This document shows, one piece after another, positions 16,251 to 24,693 of a stretch of DNA of 34,635 bases. Where the stretch lies: assembly GCA_046726415.1 (NCBI GenBank), contig JBKPAK010000017.1:1-34635 (forward strand). The letters are read 5' to 3'. Under the pieces are notes generated by a model. It was not told the origin of the DNA. It did not search any database and saw only the letters and a program-made list of their open reading frames with translations. Both the position numbers and the translations under genes were made by a program. This DNA is from Candidatus Methylomirabilota bacterium. Lineage in GTDB: Bacteria > Methylomirabilota > Methylomirabilia > Rokubacteriales > CSP1-6. Position 1 is the stretch's first letter. The number at the start of each line of letters is the position of its first letter.

Positions 16251-17432
16251 CTAGGCGGTGGCCGCACCGGCCAGAGCACAGAGCGCGACGATCAGCCAGG
16301 GTGGGGCCCGCCAGAACATGAGAAGGCCGAAGGCCGCGAGAGCGATGGCGACGTCGGCGCGTGTCGCCACGGCGCTCGTCCACACGGGGTGATAGAGGGC
16401 GGCGAGGAGGATGCCCACCACGCCGGCGTTGATGCCGCGGAGCGCGGCCTGGAAGTCGGCGCGCGTTCGTATCTCGTCCCAGAAAGGTAGAACGCCGACC
16501 ACGAGCAGGAACGAGGGCAGAAAGATGGCCAGCAGGGCCAGCGCCGCGCCCGCCACTCCATTGGGCTCAGGCCGCATGACGGCGCCGAGGTAGGCGGCAA
16601 ACGTGAAGAGGGGGCCGGGGACAGCCTGCGCCGCGCCGTAGCCGGCGAGGAACTGCTGGTCGGTCACCCAGCCGGGAGGAATGACCTCGGCCTGAAGCAG
16701 CGGCAGCACCACATGACCGCCGCCGAACACGAGCGATCCGGTTCGATAGAAGCTGTCGAAGGCGGCGAGCGCCGTGCTCGCCGAGAATTGCCGGGCGACC
16801 GGCAAGGCGATCAGGAGGGCGAAGAAGATCGCCAGCGATACGGCGCCGACCCGCCGGGAGATCCACACCCGCTCGCGCGATGTCGCGCGGCTCACGCCCT
16901 CGGGGAGGAGCCCCCAGCCCACCAGTCCGGCGACGACGATGATGGCCACCTGCGCCAGGGCCACCGGGACGGCGAGGGCCGCGATGGCCGCGGCAATGGC
17001 GAGGCTGGCTCGTTGGCGATCCGGCGCCAGCGACCGCGCCATGCCCCACACCGCGGTGGCCACCACGGCGACCGCCGCCAGCTTGAGGCCGTGGAGCCAG
17101 CCGGCGTCCGTCACCCCGGATCGCTCCAGCGCGAACGCGAAGATCACGAGGGCGATGGCCGATGGAAGCGTGAAGCCGAGCCAGGCGGCGAGACCTCCCG
17201 TCAGGCCCGCGCGAGTGATTCCCACCGCGATCCCCACCTGGCTACTGGCCGGGCCGGGAAGGAACTGGCATAGCGCCACCAGGTCGGCGTAGCGGTGCTC
17301 GTCGAGCCACTTCCGCTTGAGCACGTATTCCTCGTGGAAGTACCCGAGGTGCGCCACGGGGCCGCCGAACGACGTCAGTCCGAGCCTCGTGGCCACCGCC
17401 AGGACTTCCAGGGTGCGGGAGGTGTCAGCCAT
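16251..17432 (-). CDS. chrA: chromate efflux transporter (long-chain CHR family)
   Basis: LGLTSFGGPVAHLGYF, CQFLPGPASSQ, GSLVFGGGHVVLPLL and AQAVPGPLFTF, with two CHR repeats. Confidence 0.93.
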   Translation of the reverse strand: MADTSRTLEVLAVATRLGLTSFGGPVAHLGYFHEEYVLKRKWLDEHRYADLVALCQFLPGPASSQVGIAVGITRAGLTGGLAAWLGFTLPSAIALVIFAFALERSGVTDAGWLHGLKLAAVAVVATAVWGMARSLAPDRQRASLAIAAAIAALAVPVALAQVAIIVVAGLVGWGLLPEGVSRATSRERVWISRRVGAVSLAIFFALLIALPVARQFSASTALAAFDSFYRTGSLVFGGGHVVLPLLQAEVIPPGWVTDQQFLAGYGAAQAVPGPLFTFAAYLGAVMRPEPNGVAGAALALLAIFLPSFLLVVGVLPFWDEIRTRADFQAALRGINAGVVGILLAALYHPVWTSAVATRADVAIALAAFGLLMFWRAPPWLIVALCALAGAATA

Positions 17433-17448
17433 CGCTAGACTGCGGAGT

Positions 17449-18003
17449 ATGGGCCAAGAAATTCGAGCGATCCAGATTGGTGAGGCGCTTCCGCCGCTCC
17501 GGCTAGAGACCGGATTCGGAGAGGCCGTCGAGCTCACCGCCTGGGGCGGTCGACCGCTCCTCATCGCCTGTCTCCGCTACTATGGCTGAATGCCCTGACG
17601 CGACTATCTCGCGCAGGTGCGCGAGGCCCATCCAATCGTCGAAGCGCTCGGCGCCAAGGTCATCGCGGTGGCCACCGGCGCGGACTTTCAGGCGCGCGCG
17701 CTCATGAAGGACGGCATGCCTTTTCCCTGTCTCGTCGACCCCGACGCCGCGCTCTACCGCGTCCTGGGCATCGGCCGTATCGGACTCCACGCGTTCGTCG
17801 ACCCGGCCACCTACCTGAACTACTGGCGGGCCTGGCGACGCGGGAGCCGTCAGGGCGCGGTGACCGGCGATCCGCGGCGCCGGTCCGGGGTGGCCATCGC
17901 AGATGCCGACGGCCGCCTGCGCTGGCGTCACGTCGCATCCACGATCGGCGACTATCCTCCAATATCGAGCGTGCTGGATCGCCTGCGGCAGGTCGCGCGA
18001 TGA
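17449..18003 (+). CDS. selenoprotein, peroxiredoxin-like/SelL-related redoxin with a UxxU motif (184 aa)
   Basis: ORF-track fragments ending at 17589 and starting at 17617 are in the same frame: LRYYG-TGA-ATG-CCC-TGA-RDYLAQVRE. Both TGAs occupy the CxxC positions of a thioredoxin fold (later KVIAVATG and FPCLVDPDAALYRVLG). A SECIS-like hairpin follows. Confidence 0.85.
17608..17625 (+). promoter_or_regulatory. bacterial SECIS-like hairpin
   Basis: CTCGCGC-AGGT-GCGCGAG is a perfect 7-bp stem with an AGGU loop. The loop begins 16 nt after the second UGA and 25 nt after the first. Confidence 0.75.
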
Positions 18004-18148
18004 GCCGCTCCCGCACCCCGGCCGCCGGTTGGCCGACGCCCCTTGCGGTAGAATCACGGCAATTCCTGAGGTTCGATCCGCGCGTGGAGGGCCGGAGCAT
18101 GGCAGTCTACACACGTTTCCCACGGTCGTGCTGAAGGCGAGCTGACTC

Positions 18149-20290
18149 ATGGAACGCTCGTTTGCCGAGGACGTCAAGCAGCTGGGGTTCGGCGCCGGCC
18201 AGGTCCTGCACGGCGAAGGCATTCTGGCCATCACCAAGGCGTTGCTGGAGTCCGGGGTGAGCTATGTGGGCGGCTATCCGGGCGCTCCCGTCTCGCATCT
18301 CATCGATGTGCTCGCCGACGCCAACGAACCGCTCCTCAAGTCGATGGGCGTCTACTTCGAGCAATCGGGGAGCGAGGCGGCGGCCGCGGCACTGCTGGGC
18401 GCGTCGATCAACTACCGCATGCGCGGCGCCGTCACCTGGAAGTCGGTCGTTGGCACCAACGTGGCCTCCGACGCCCTCTCCCACGTGGCCTCGGCCGGGG
18501 TGCTGGGCGGGGCCCTGATCGTCATTGGAGAGGACTACGGCGAAGGCGCGTCGATACTTCAGGAGCGCACCCACTCGGCCGCCCTCAAATCGAGCGTCCC
18601 CCTCCTCGATCCCCGGACCACCTTGCCGAGCTTCCAGCACTTCGTGCACGAGGGCTTCGGCCTTTCCGAGGCGTGCAACGAACCCGTATTCTTCAGCATC
18701 CGCATCCGCGCCTGTCACCTCCGCGGCACCATGGTGTGCCGCGACAACATCACGCCAGCCATCAGCATGCTCTCCCCGCTGGGGACGCCCAGCTTCAGCC
18801 TCGAGCGCATCAACCTGCCGCCGTTCACCTATGCCATGGAGACGAAGAAGTTCGAGGAGCGGCTGCCGGCCGCGCGCCGCTATGTGGTCGAGCACGCGCT
18901 CAATGAGCACATCCCCGGTCCGGAGAGCGACGTCGGAATCGTCATGCAGGGCGGCGTCTGGAACACGACCCTGCGCGGGCTCGCGAGCCTGGGCCTAGCC
19001 GACCTCTACGGACGGACGCCCATTCCGCTCCTCATCCTCAACTGCCTGCATCCGCTGGTGCCCGAAGAGCTGCTCGGCTTCCTGCGCGGCAAGCGCCGCG
19101 TGCTCGTGGTCGAGGAGGGGATGCCGAACTACATCGAGCGGGAATTGAAAGCGCTGGCCCACGAGGCGCGGCTCGACGTGGAGATTTCGGGCAAGGATGT
19201 GCTGTCGCCAGCCGGCGAGTATGTGCCCGGCCTCGTCATCTCGGGGCTGCGGCGCTTTTTCACCGCGGCGCCCCTCCGCTCGGTGTCGGCGGCCGGCGTG
19301 GAGGAGCGCTACCAGAGCCTGACCGCCCATCAGGGCAGGGTCCGCGCGGTGCTCCCGCAGCCGGTGGCCAAGCGGCCGCCCTCCTTCTGCACCGGCTGCC
19401 CCGAGCGGCCGGTGTTCAGCGCCATGAAAATCCTCAAGCATCAGGATCCCGCCATCGGCGATACCCACGTCGCCCACGACATCGGGTGCAGCACGTTCTC
19501 CACCCAGGCGCCTTTCAACGTCGGCAACTCGGTCCTCGGCTACGGCATGGGGCTCGCCTCCTCCAGCGCGGTGGCTCCGCTCTTCGGCAAGCGGGTCATC
19601 TCGGTCATGGGCGACGGCGGCTTCTGGCACAACGGGCTCACCAACGGTGTGGCCAACGCCGTCTTCAACAAGCAGGACTCGGTGCTCGTCATCCTCGACA
19701 ATTTCTACGCGGCGGCCACCGGCCAGCACCACGTGCCGTCGACCGGCACCAACGCCCGCCGCGAGACGGTCCCCATGACCATCCCTCAGGCCCTTCAGGG
19801 ATTGGGCGTCAAGTGGATCCGCACGGTGAACTCCTATCGCATCCCGGCCATGATGCGAGCGCTCCGGGAGGCGCTCACCACGCGCGAGGGTGGGCTCAAA
19901 GTCATCATCGCCAAGGGGGAATGCCAGCTCGAGCGCCAGCGCCGCGAGCGCCCGCGGCTGCGGGCACTCGCCGCCCAGGGGCAGACGATCGCGCAACCGC
20001 GCTTCGGCGTCGACCCCGACGTCTGCACCGGCGATCACTCGTGCATGCGCCTCAACGGGTGTCCGTCCCTCACCCTTCGCGAAAGCTCCGACCCGCTGCG
20101 CGAGGATCCCGTGGCCCACGTCGACGAGACCTGCGTGGGCTGCGGAGTGTGCGGTGAGGTGGCCCACGCCGCTACCCTCTGTCCGTCTTTCTATGAAGTG
20201 CGGGCGATTCGCAACCCGGGTTGGTGGACGCGGTGGCTGGGGGGCGTGCGCCGGGCCATCATTCGTCGGCTGGCTGCCGTGGGAGGGTAA
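18149..20290 (+). CDS. iorA: indolepyruvate:ferredoxin oxidoreductase alpha subunit family
   Basis: GGYPGAPVS, RPPSFCTGCPER, DIGC, the TPP motif MGDGGFWHNG...LDN, and a C-terminal ferredoxin-like domain (CVGCGVC). Confidence 0.92.
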   Translation: MERSFAEDVKQLGFGAGQVLHGEGILAITKALLESGVSYVGGYPGAPVSHLIDVLADANEPLLKSMGVYFEQSGSEAAAAALLGASINYRMRGAVTWKSVVGTNVASDALSHVASAGVLGGALIVIGEDYGEGASILQERTHSAALKSSVPLLDPRTTLPSFQHFVHEGFGLSEACNEPVFFSIRIRACHLRGTMVCRDNITPAISMLSPLGTPSFSLERINLPPFTYAMETKKFEERLPAARRYVVEHALNEHIPGPESDVGIVMQGGVWNTTLRGLASLGLADLYGRTPIPLLILNCLHPLVPEELLGFLRGKRRVLVVEEGMPNYIERELKALAHEARLDVEISGKDVLSPAGEYVPGLVISGLRRFFTAAPLRSVSAAGVEERYQSLTAHQGRVRAVLPQPVAKRPPSFCTGCPERPVFSAMKILKHQDPAIGDTHVAHDIGCSTFSTQAPFNVGNSVLGYGMGLASSSAVAPLFGKRVISVMGDGGFWHNGLTNGVANAVFNKQDSVLVILDNFYAAATGQHHVPSTGTNARRETVPMTIPQALQGLGVKWIRTVNSYRIPAMMRALREALTTREGGLKVIIAKGECQLERQRRERPRLRALAAQGQTIAQPRFGVDPDVCTGDHSCMRLNGCPSLTLRESSDPLREDPVAHVDETCVGCGVCGEVAHAATLCPSFYEVRAIRNPGWWTRWLGGVRRAIIRRLAAVGG

Positions 20291-20297
20291 GAGGCCC

Positions 20298-21851
20298 GTG
20301 GGCGAGCCACGCATCATCAGCGCGCTGATCCCCGCGGTGGGCGGGCAAGGTGGAGGCGTGCTGGCGGAGTGGATCGTGGAGGCGGCCCTGGCCGATGGCT
20401 ACACCGTGCAGAGCACGTCGATTCCCGGGGTGGCCCAGCGGACGGGCTCGACGTCGTACTATGTCGAGCTGTTCGAGGAGCGTGACCACCGCGCGGCGGG
20501 ACCCCCCATCTTCTCGCTGTATCCCGTCCCCGGAGCCCTCGACATCCTGCTCGCTCCGGAGTTCCTCGAAGTGGGGCGCGCCATCGAGCTGGGGTTTCCA
20601 TCGCCCGCCCGCACCACGATCATCGCCAGCTCGCATCGGCTGTACGCCATCCACGAGAAAATGGCCATTGGGCGGGGCATTTACCCGATCGACGATCTGG
20701 AGGCGGCCGCCCGCGCCTTCTCGCGCACGGCGATCGTCTTCGACGCGCTCGCCTTGGCCCGCGAGCACGGCACCGAGGCCAACGCCGTTCTCCTCGGAGC
20801 CCTGCTGGCCAGTGGGGCCCTTCCGGTGAGCGAGGCCGCCTACCGCAAGGCCATCGAGGTCAAGGGCGTGCAGGTCGCCGCCAATCTGAGGGGCTTCGAG
20901 GTCGGCGTCGAGCGCGCCCGAGCCGTCATGGCCTCCCGACGCAACGGTCAGGCGACGGCCGCGACACCAGGAGTGACACCACCCCCGGAGTTCGCCGACG
21001 AGGTGGCGGTCCTTCCCGAGTCGCTGCGCGCGATCGCGAGCACGGCGCTGGCTCGTCTCGTCGACTATCAGGATGCCGCCTACGCCCGCCGCTATCTCGA
21101 CCGGATCCGGCCCTTCGTCGCGCGCGACCCCGAGCTGGCCAGCCTCGTGGCGCGCCAGCTCGCCGTGTGGATGACCTACGAGGACGCCATTCGCGTCGCC
21201 CAGCTCAAGACGCGGTGGACCCGCTTCGAGCGGATTCGCCGAGAGGCCCGCGATCCGGGCGCGGAAATCGTCGTCACCGACTACTTGAAGCCCGACCTCG
21301 ACGAGATCTACGGCATCCTGCCTCACCGGTTGGTGGCGCCTTTTGCGCGCTGGGCGGAGCGGCGGTGGCCCCAGGGTCGACCCACGCTCGGACAGCACGT
21401 CCGAACGACGACGGTGATGGGATACCTCCGCCTGTGGCTGCTGGCTCGCTGCCGATGGTTGCGCGCATCCTCCTATCGCGCGCACCACGAGGGGGCTCGC
21501 CGGGAGCGCTGGCTCGAGCTGGTGGAGCGCTGCGCCGCGCGCAATCTCGAGTTGGCGCGCGAGGTGGCCCAGGCCCCTCGGCTCGTAAAGGGCTATGGGC
21601 AGGTGCGCCGCCGTCTGGAGACGACGTTCGACGAGCTCCTGGCGTACGTGTCGCGCGCCGCTGACCTCGACGCGTCCCGTGACGGCGATTTTTACGTTGC
21701 CCGAACGCTGTCTCGCCGCTGCCGTGAGCTCGTGCTGGCGGGGCCCGATGGCGAGGCGCAGGCATCGCGTGTGGCGGCCGATGCCGTGACGCGGCTGGAG
21801 GCCAGCGACCGTGCGGGGGCGCTGGCCGCGCTCGGCGAACGGGCCTCGTAG
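20298..21851 (+). CDS. iorB: indolepyruvate oxidoreductase beta-subunit family protein (long form)
   Basis: AVGGQGGGVL, SIPGVAQRTGSTSYY, RLVDYQDAAYA, WMTYEDAIRVA and LVKGYG. GTG start 7 nt after the iorA stop. Confidence 0.9.
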   Translation: MGEPRIISALIPAVGGQGGGVLAEWIVEAALADGYTVQSTSIPGVAQRTGSTSYYVELFEERDHRAAGPPIFSLYPVPGALDILLAPEFLEVGRAIELGFPSPARTTIIASSHRLYAIHEKMAIGRGIYPIDDLEAAARAFSRTAIVFDALALAREHGTEANAVLLGALLASGALPVSEAAYRKAIEVKGVQVAANLRGFEVGVERARAVMASRRNGQATAATPGVTPPPEFADEVAVLPESLRAIASTALARLVDYQDAAYARRYLDRIRPFVARDPELASLVARQLAVWMTYEDAIRVAQLKTRWTRFERIRREARDPGAEIVVTDYLKPDLDEIYGILPHRLVAPFARWAERRWPQGRPTLGQHVRTTTVMGYLRLWLLARCRWLRASSYRAHHEGARRERWLELVERCAARNLELAREVAQAPRLVKGYGQVRRRLETTFDELLAYVSRAADLDASRDGDFYVARTLSRRCRELVLAGPDGEAQASRVAADAVTRLEASDRAGALAALGERAS

Positions 21852-22357
21852 TCGCCCGCCAGCTCTAGTCTGCTCCCGCGGAAGAAGTCCCGCCAGAAGC
21901 TGGAACTCGCCGGTTGCCTCGCGGTTTGGCCGAGCAGCGCTGGCCCCGCGAATCGGTGCCGGGCACGATAGGCGAAGCTGTAGAAGGCCCAGATGCTCCG
22001 TGGCGTGAGCTGGCCGTTGAAGGCGATGTCGAGCGCGAGGTGCATCAACCCGCCGACGAGATAGCCGGCGAGCCAGGGGGTCTGAAGCCACCAGGCGAGC
22101 ACGCCGAGAGCCGCAAACAGTTCATAGGAGTGCAGGGCGAGCACGAGCCGCTGCACGCGGCCCTCCAGGTAGTAGCGCAGAAACGTTCCGGGACGGAGAT
22201 CTGCCTGGCGTTCGAAGAGCACGTAGTCCACGGCGTGATCCACGTCGATGAAGAATCCACCGAGGGCGATCCCCGCGGTGAGGGCGGCCGAGCCGGTGAG
22301 CATGGCCGCCGCGCCGCACACGCCGGCGGTGGTGACAAGGTGGCCGCCTGGGCTCAT
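21692..22357 (-). CDS. membrane-bound metal-dependent hydrolase-like protein (YdjM/DUF457-like motifs)
   Basis: MSPGGHL, IDVDHAVDY, LHSYE and MHLALD His/Asp motifs between hydrophobic segments. The 3' end overlaps iorB by 160 bp. Confidence 0.75.
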   Translation of the reverse strand: MSPGGHLVTTAGVCGAAAMLTGSAALTAGIALGGFFIDVDHAVDYVLFERQADLRPGTFLRYYLEGRVQRLVLALHSYELFAALGVLAWWLQTPWLAGYLVGGLMHLALDIAFNGQLTPRSIWAFYSFAYRARHRFAGPALLGQTARQPASSSFWRDFFRGSRLELAGDYEARSPSAASAPARSLASSRVTASAATRDACASPSGPASTSSRQRRDSVRAT

Positions 22358-22539
22358 GGCCGGATGCGTGGCAAACCTCGTGCCGGAGATCGCCGCTTCG
22401 GAAAGTCCCGCCATTGTTGTCAAGGACAGCCCAGCGGAATCGGAGACTGGCCATTTTCGATCAGCGGCGGGACAAATCTGCCCGCTCGGTGATCGTATCG
22501 ATTGGCGCGGCACATGGGCCCGGCGCGGGAAAAGCGCCG

Positions 22540-22578
22540 TGATATACTGGGTCATCGGGTCGACACTTTCTGGAGGAG
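22540..22578 (+). promoter_or_regulatory. extended -10 promoter and RBS of the nuo-like operon
   Basis: TGaTATACT at 22540-22548 and GGAGGAG just before TTG 22583. Confidence 0.55.
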
Positions 22579-22582
22579 TGCC

Positions 22583-22936
22583 TTGTCCGGTTACGTGGCC
22601 GTCTTCATCTTCGCCTTGATGATCGTCGCCTTCGGCGTGGTGTCGATGGCCGCGGCGAAAGTGCTCCGGCCGTCTCGACCCGATCCCGTGAAGCTCATGA
22701 ACTACGAATGCGGAGCGGAGCCGATCGGCGAGGCCTGGGTGCGGTTCCCGGTGGGGTTCTATCTGGTCGCGCTGGTGTTCGTGGTCTTCGATGCGCTGGC
22801 GGTCTTTCTCTTCCCGTGGAGTCTGGTGCTGCGCGAGGCTGGGATGCCGGCCTTCTGGACCATGGCGGCGTTCGTGGGGATCCTCGGACTTGGCTGGCTG
22901 TATGCCTACCGCGAAGGCGTACTCGAATGGAAGTGA
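22583..22936 (+). CDS. nuoA: complex I subunit A
   Basis: [30 protein letters not shown] and EGVLEWK. TTG start after GGAGGAG. Confidence 0.93.
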   Translation: MSGYVAVFIFALMIVAFGVVSMAAAKVLRPSRPDPVKLMNYECGAEPIGEAWVRFPVGFYLVALVFVVFDALAVFLFPWSLVLREAGMPAFWTMAAFVGILGLGWLYAYREGVLEWK

Positions 22937-23562
22937 AGCCGCCCATCCCCCAAGTGCCGCCGCCCGGGTGGAGCGAGGTCAAGGACCTTCAGGAGTGGGA
23001 GAAGTACCACCAGGAGCGCGGTGACAACGACAAGACCAGTGAGGTTCTGGCCAGCATCGCCGACGCCATCCACCACATGCCGGGTGGCTGGATTGCCACC
23101 ACGTCGACCGACAAGATCTTCAACTGGGCGCGAAAGTCCTCCCTGTGGCCGGTGACCTTCGGCCTCGCCTGTTGCGCCATCGAAATGATGGCCACGTTCG
23201 CCTCGCGCTTCGACGTCGAGCGCTTCGGCATGGTGCCGTGGGCGTCGCCGCGCCATTCGGATCTCATGATCGTCTCGGGTACCGTCACCATCAAGATGGC
23301 CCCCATGCTCAAGCGCATCTACGACCAGATGCCCGATCCCAAGTGGGTCGTATCGATGGGGTCGTGCGCGAACTCCGGCGGTCCGTTCCGCCACGGTTAC
23401 CACGTGGTGAAGGGGGTGGACCGTGTCGTGCCGGTGGACGTGTACGTGCCTGGATGCCCGCCCACCCCTGATTCGCTGATGTTCGGCCTGTTGAAGCTGC
23501 AGGAAAGAGTCGCCGAGTTCCAGAAAACTGGCACGCGATCGGCTGCGGCCCCCGAGGAGTAA
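22927..23562 (+). CDS. nuoB: complex I subunit B
   Basis: [26 protein letters not shown] and [10 protein letters not shown]. Confidence 0.96.
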   Translation: MEVKPPIPQVPPPGWSEVKDLQEWEKYHQERGDNDKTSEVLASIADAIHHMPGGWIATTSTDKIFNWARKSSLWPVTFGLACCAIEMMATFASRFDVERFGMVPWASPRHSDLMIVSGTVTIKMAPMLKRIYDQMPDPKWVVSMGSCANSGGPFRHGYHVVKGVDRVVPVDVYVPGCPPTPDSLMFGLLKLQERVAEFQKTGTRSAAAPEE

Positions 23563-23565
23563 GCC

Positions 23566-24018
23566 GTGACCGCCGCCCAGGCCGTCGAGAGAATCCGGGA
23601 GCAGTGTGACGTCGAGCCGAGCCTGGAGGGCGGGCTGGTCGTCATTCGCCTCGCGCGCGAGCGCTGGCTGGCGGTGGCGCGGGTCGCCAAGGACGATCTC
23701 GGGTGCCACTACTTCAACTGGCTGAGCGCGATCGACTGGAAGGAGAAGGGGCTCGAGGTGCTTTGCCGCCTGGAGAATCTCGACACAGGACTGGTGGTGA
23801 TGCTGCGCTGCCAGTTGCCCCCGGGCGACGCGCGCTGTCCGACGTTGACCGGGCTCTTCCGCGGCGCCGACTGGATGGAGCGGGAGTGCTACGACCTCCT
23901 CGGCGTGACCTTTGACGGTCATCCCGACCTCCGCCGCATCCTCCTCGGTGACGACTGGGAAGGACATCCCCTGCGCAAGGACTACGCCGTCGACATGCCG
24001 TTCACCCCGTATCGCTGA
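23566..24018 (+). CDS. nuoC: complex I subunit C (short form)
   Basis: ADWMERECYDLLGVTFDGHPDLRRIL...GHPLRKDY. Confidence 0.94.
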   Translation: MTAAQAVERIREQCDVEPSLEGGLVVIRLARERWLAVARVAKDDLGCHYFNWLSAIDWKEKGLEVLCRLENLDTGLVVMLRCQLPPGDARCPTLTGLFRGADWMERECYDLLGVTFDGHPDLRRILLGDDWEGHPLRKDYAVDMPFTPYR

Positions 24019-24049
24019 GGCCACGGCCTCGCGCCAAAGGAGCCGACGC

Positions 24050-24685
24050 ATGATCTACGAACTGCGCACCTACACACTCGTGCCGGGAACGCAGGCGCAG
24101 TATCTGAAGCTCAACGCGGAGGTGGGCCGCAAGATCCGCGGCGACAAGTACGGCAAGCTCGAGGGGGCCTGGACCACCGAGTTCGGGACCCTGAACCAGT
24201 ATGTGCACTTGTGGGGGTATCCCGACCTCAACGAGCGGGACCGGCTGCGCGGTGAGCTGGCCAAACACGAGGAGTGGACCAAAGGCTACGGTCCCCAGAT
24301 TCGCCCCTTCATCCTCGCTCAGGAGAACAAGATCCTCTCGGCGGTCCTCCCCCTGCAGCCACCCGCCGACGCCGGGCATCTGTACGAGCTGCGCTGGTAC
24401 CGCACGCAGACTGGCAAGGCCGGAGAGTGGCTCAACCACTTCAAGGCTATTCAGCCGGTGCGCGAGAAGTACTCCCGCCGCGTTGGGCTGTGGCAGACCG
24501 AGATGGGCCAGCTCAACGAGGTCGTGCACATGTGGGCCTATGGCGATCTAAACGAGCGGGCCGCCACGCGGGCCAAGCTGGCGCAGGATCCCGAGTGGCA
24601 GGCCTTCCTGGGCAAGGCCACGCCGCTCCTGGTCAACATGCAGTCCGTCATCCTCACTCCCACCCCCGTGTCGCCGATGAGGTAG
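24050..24685 (+). CDS. tandem (two-domain) NIPSNAP-family protein
   Basis: Two repeats: IYELRTYT...G-W-TEFGTLNQYVHLWGY.DLNER and LYELRWYR...GLWQTEMGQLNEVVHMWAY.DLNER, ending LTPTPVSPMR. AAGGAG RBS. Confidence 0.92.
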   Translation: MIYELRTYTLVPGTQAQYLKLNAEVGRKIRGDKYGKLEGAWTTEFGTLNQYVHLWGYPDLNERDRLRGELAKHEEWTKGYGPQIRPFILAQENKILSAVLPLQPPADAGHLYELRWYRTQTGKAGEWLNHFKAIQPVREKYSRRVGLWQTEMGQLNEVVHMWAYGDLNERAATRAKLAQDPEWQAFLGKATPLLVNMQSVILTPTPVSPMR

Positions 24686-24693
24686 CGCGGCGC

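Noticed and set aside
17449-18003. Nonsense-mutated pseudogene or UGA=Trp/Gly genetic code
   Set aside because: Two independent TGAs exactly at the CxxC positions plus a SECIS-like hairpin are unlikely by decay. TGA is an ordinary stop in many neighbouring genes.
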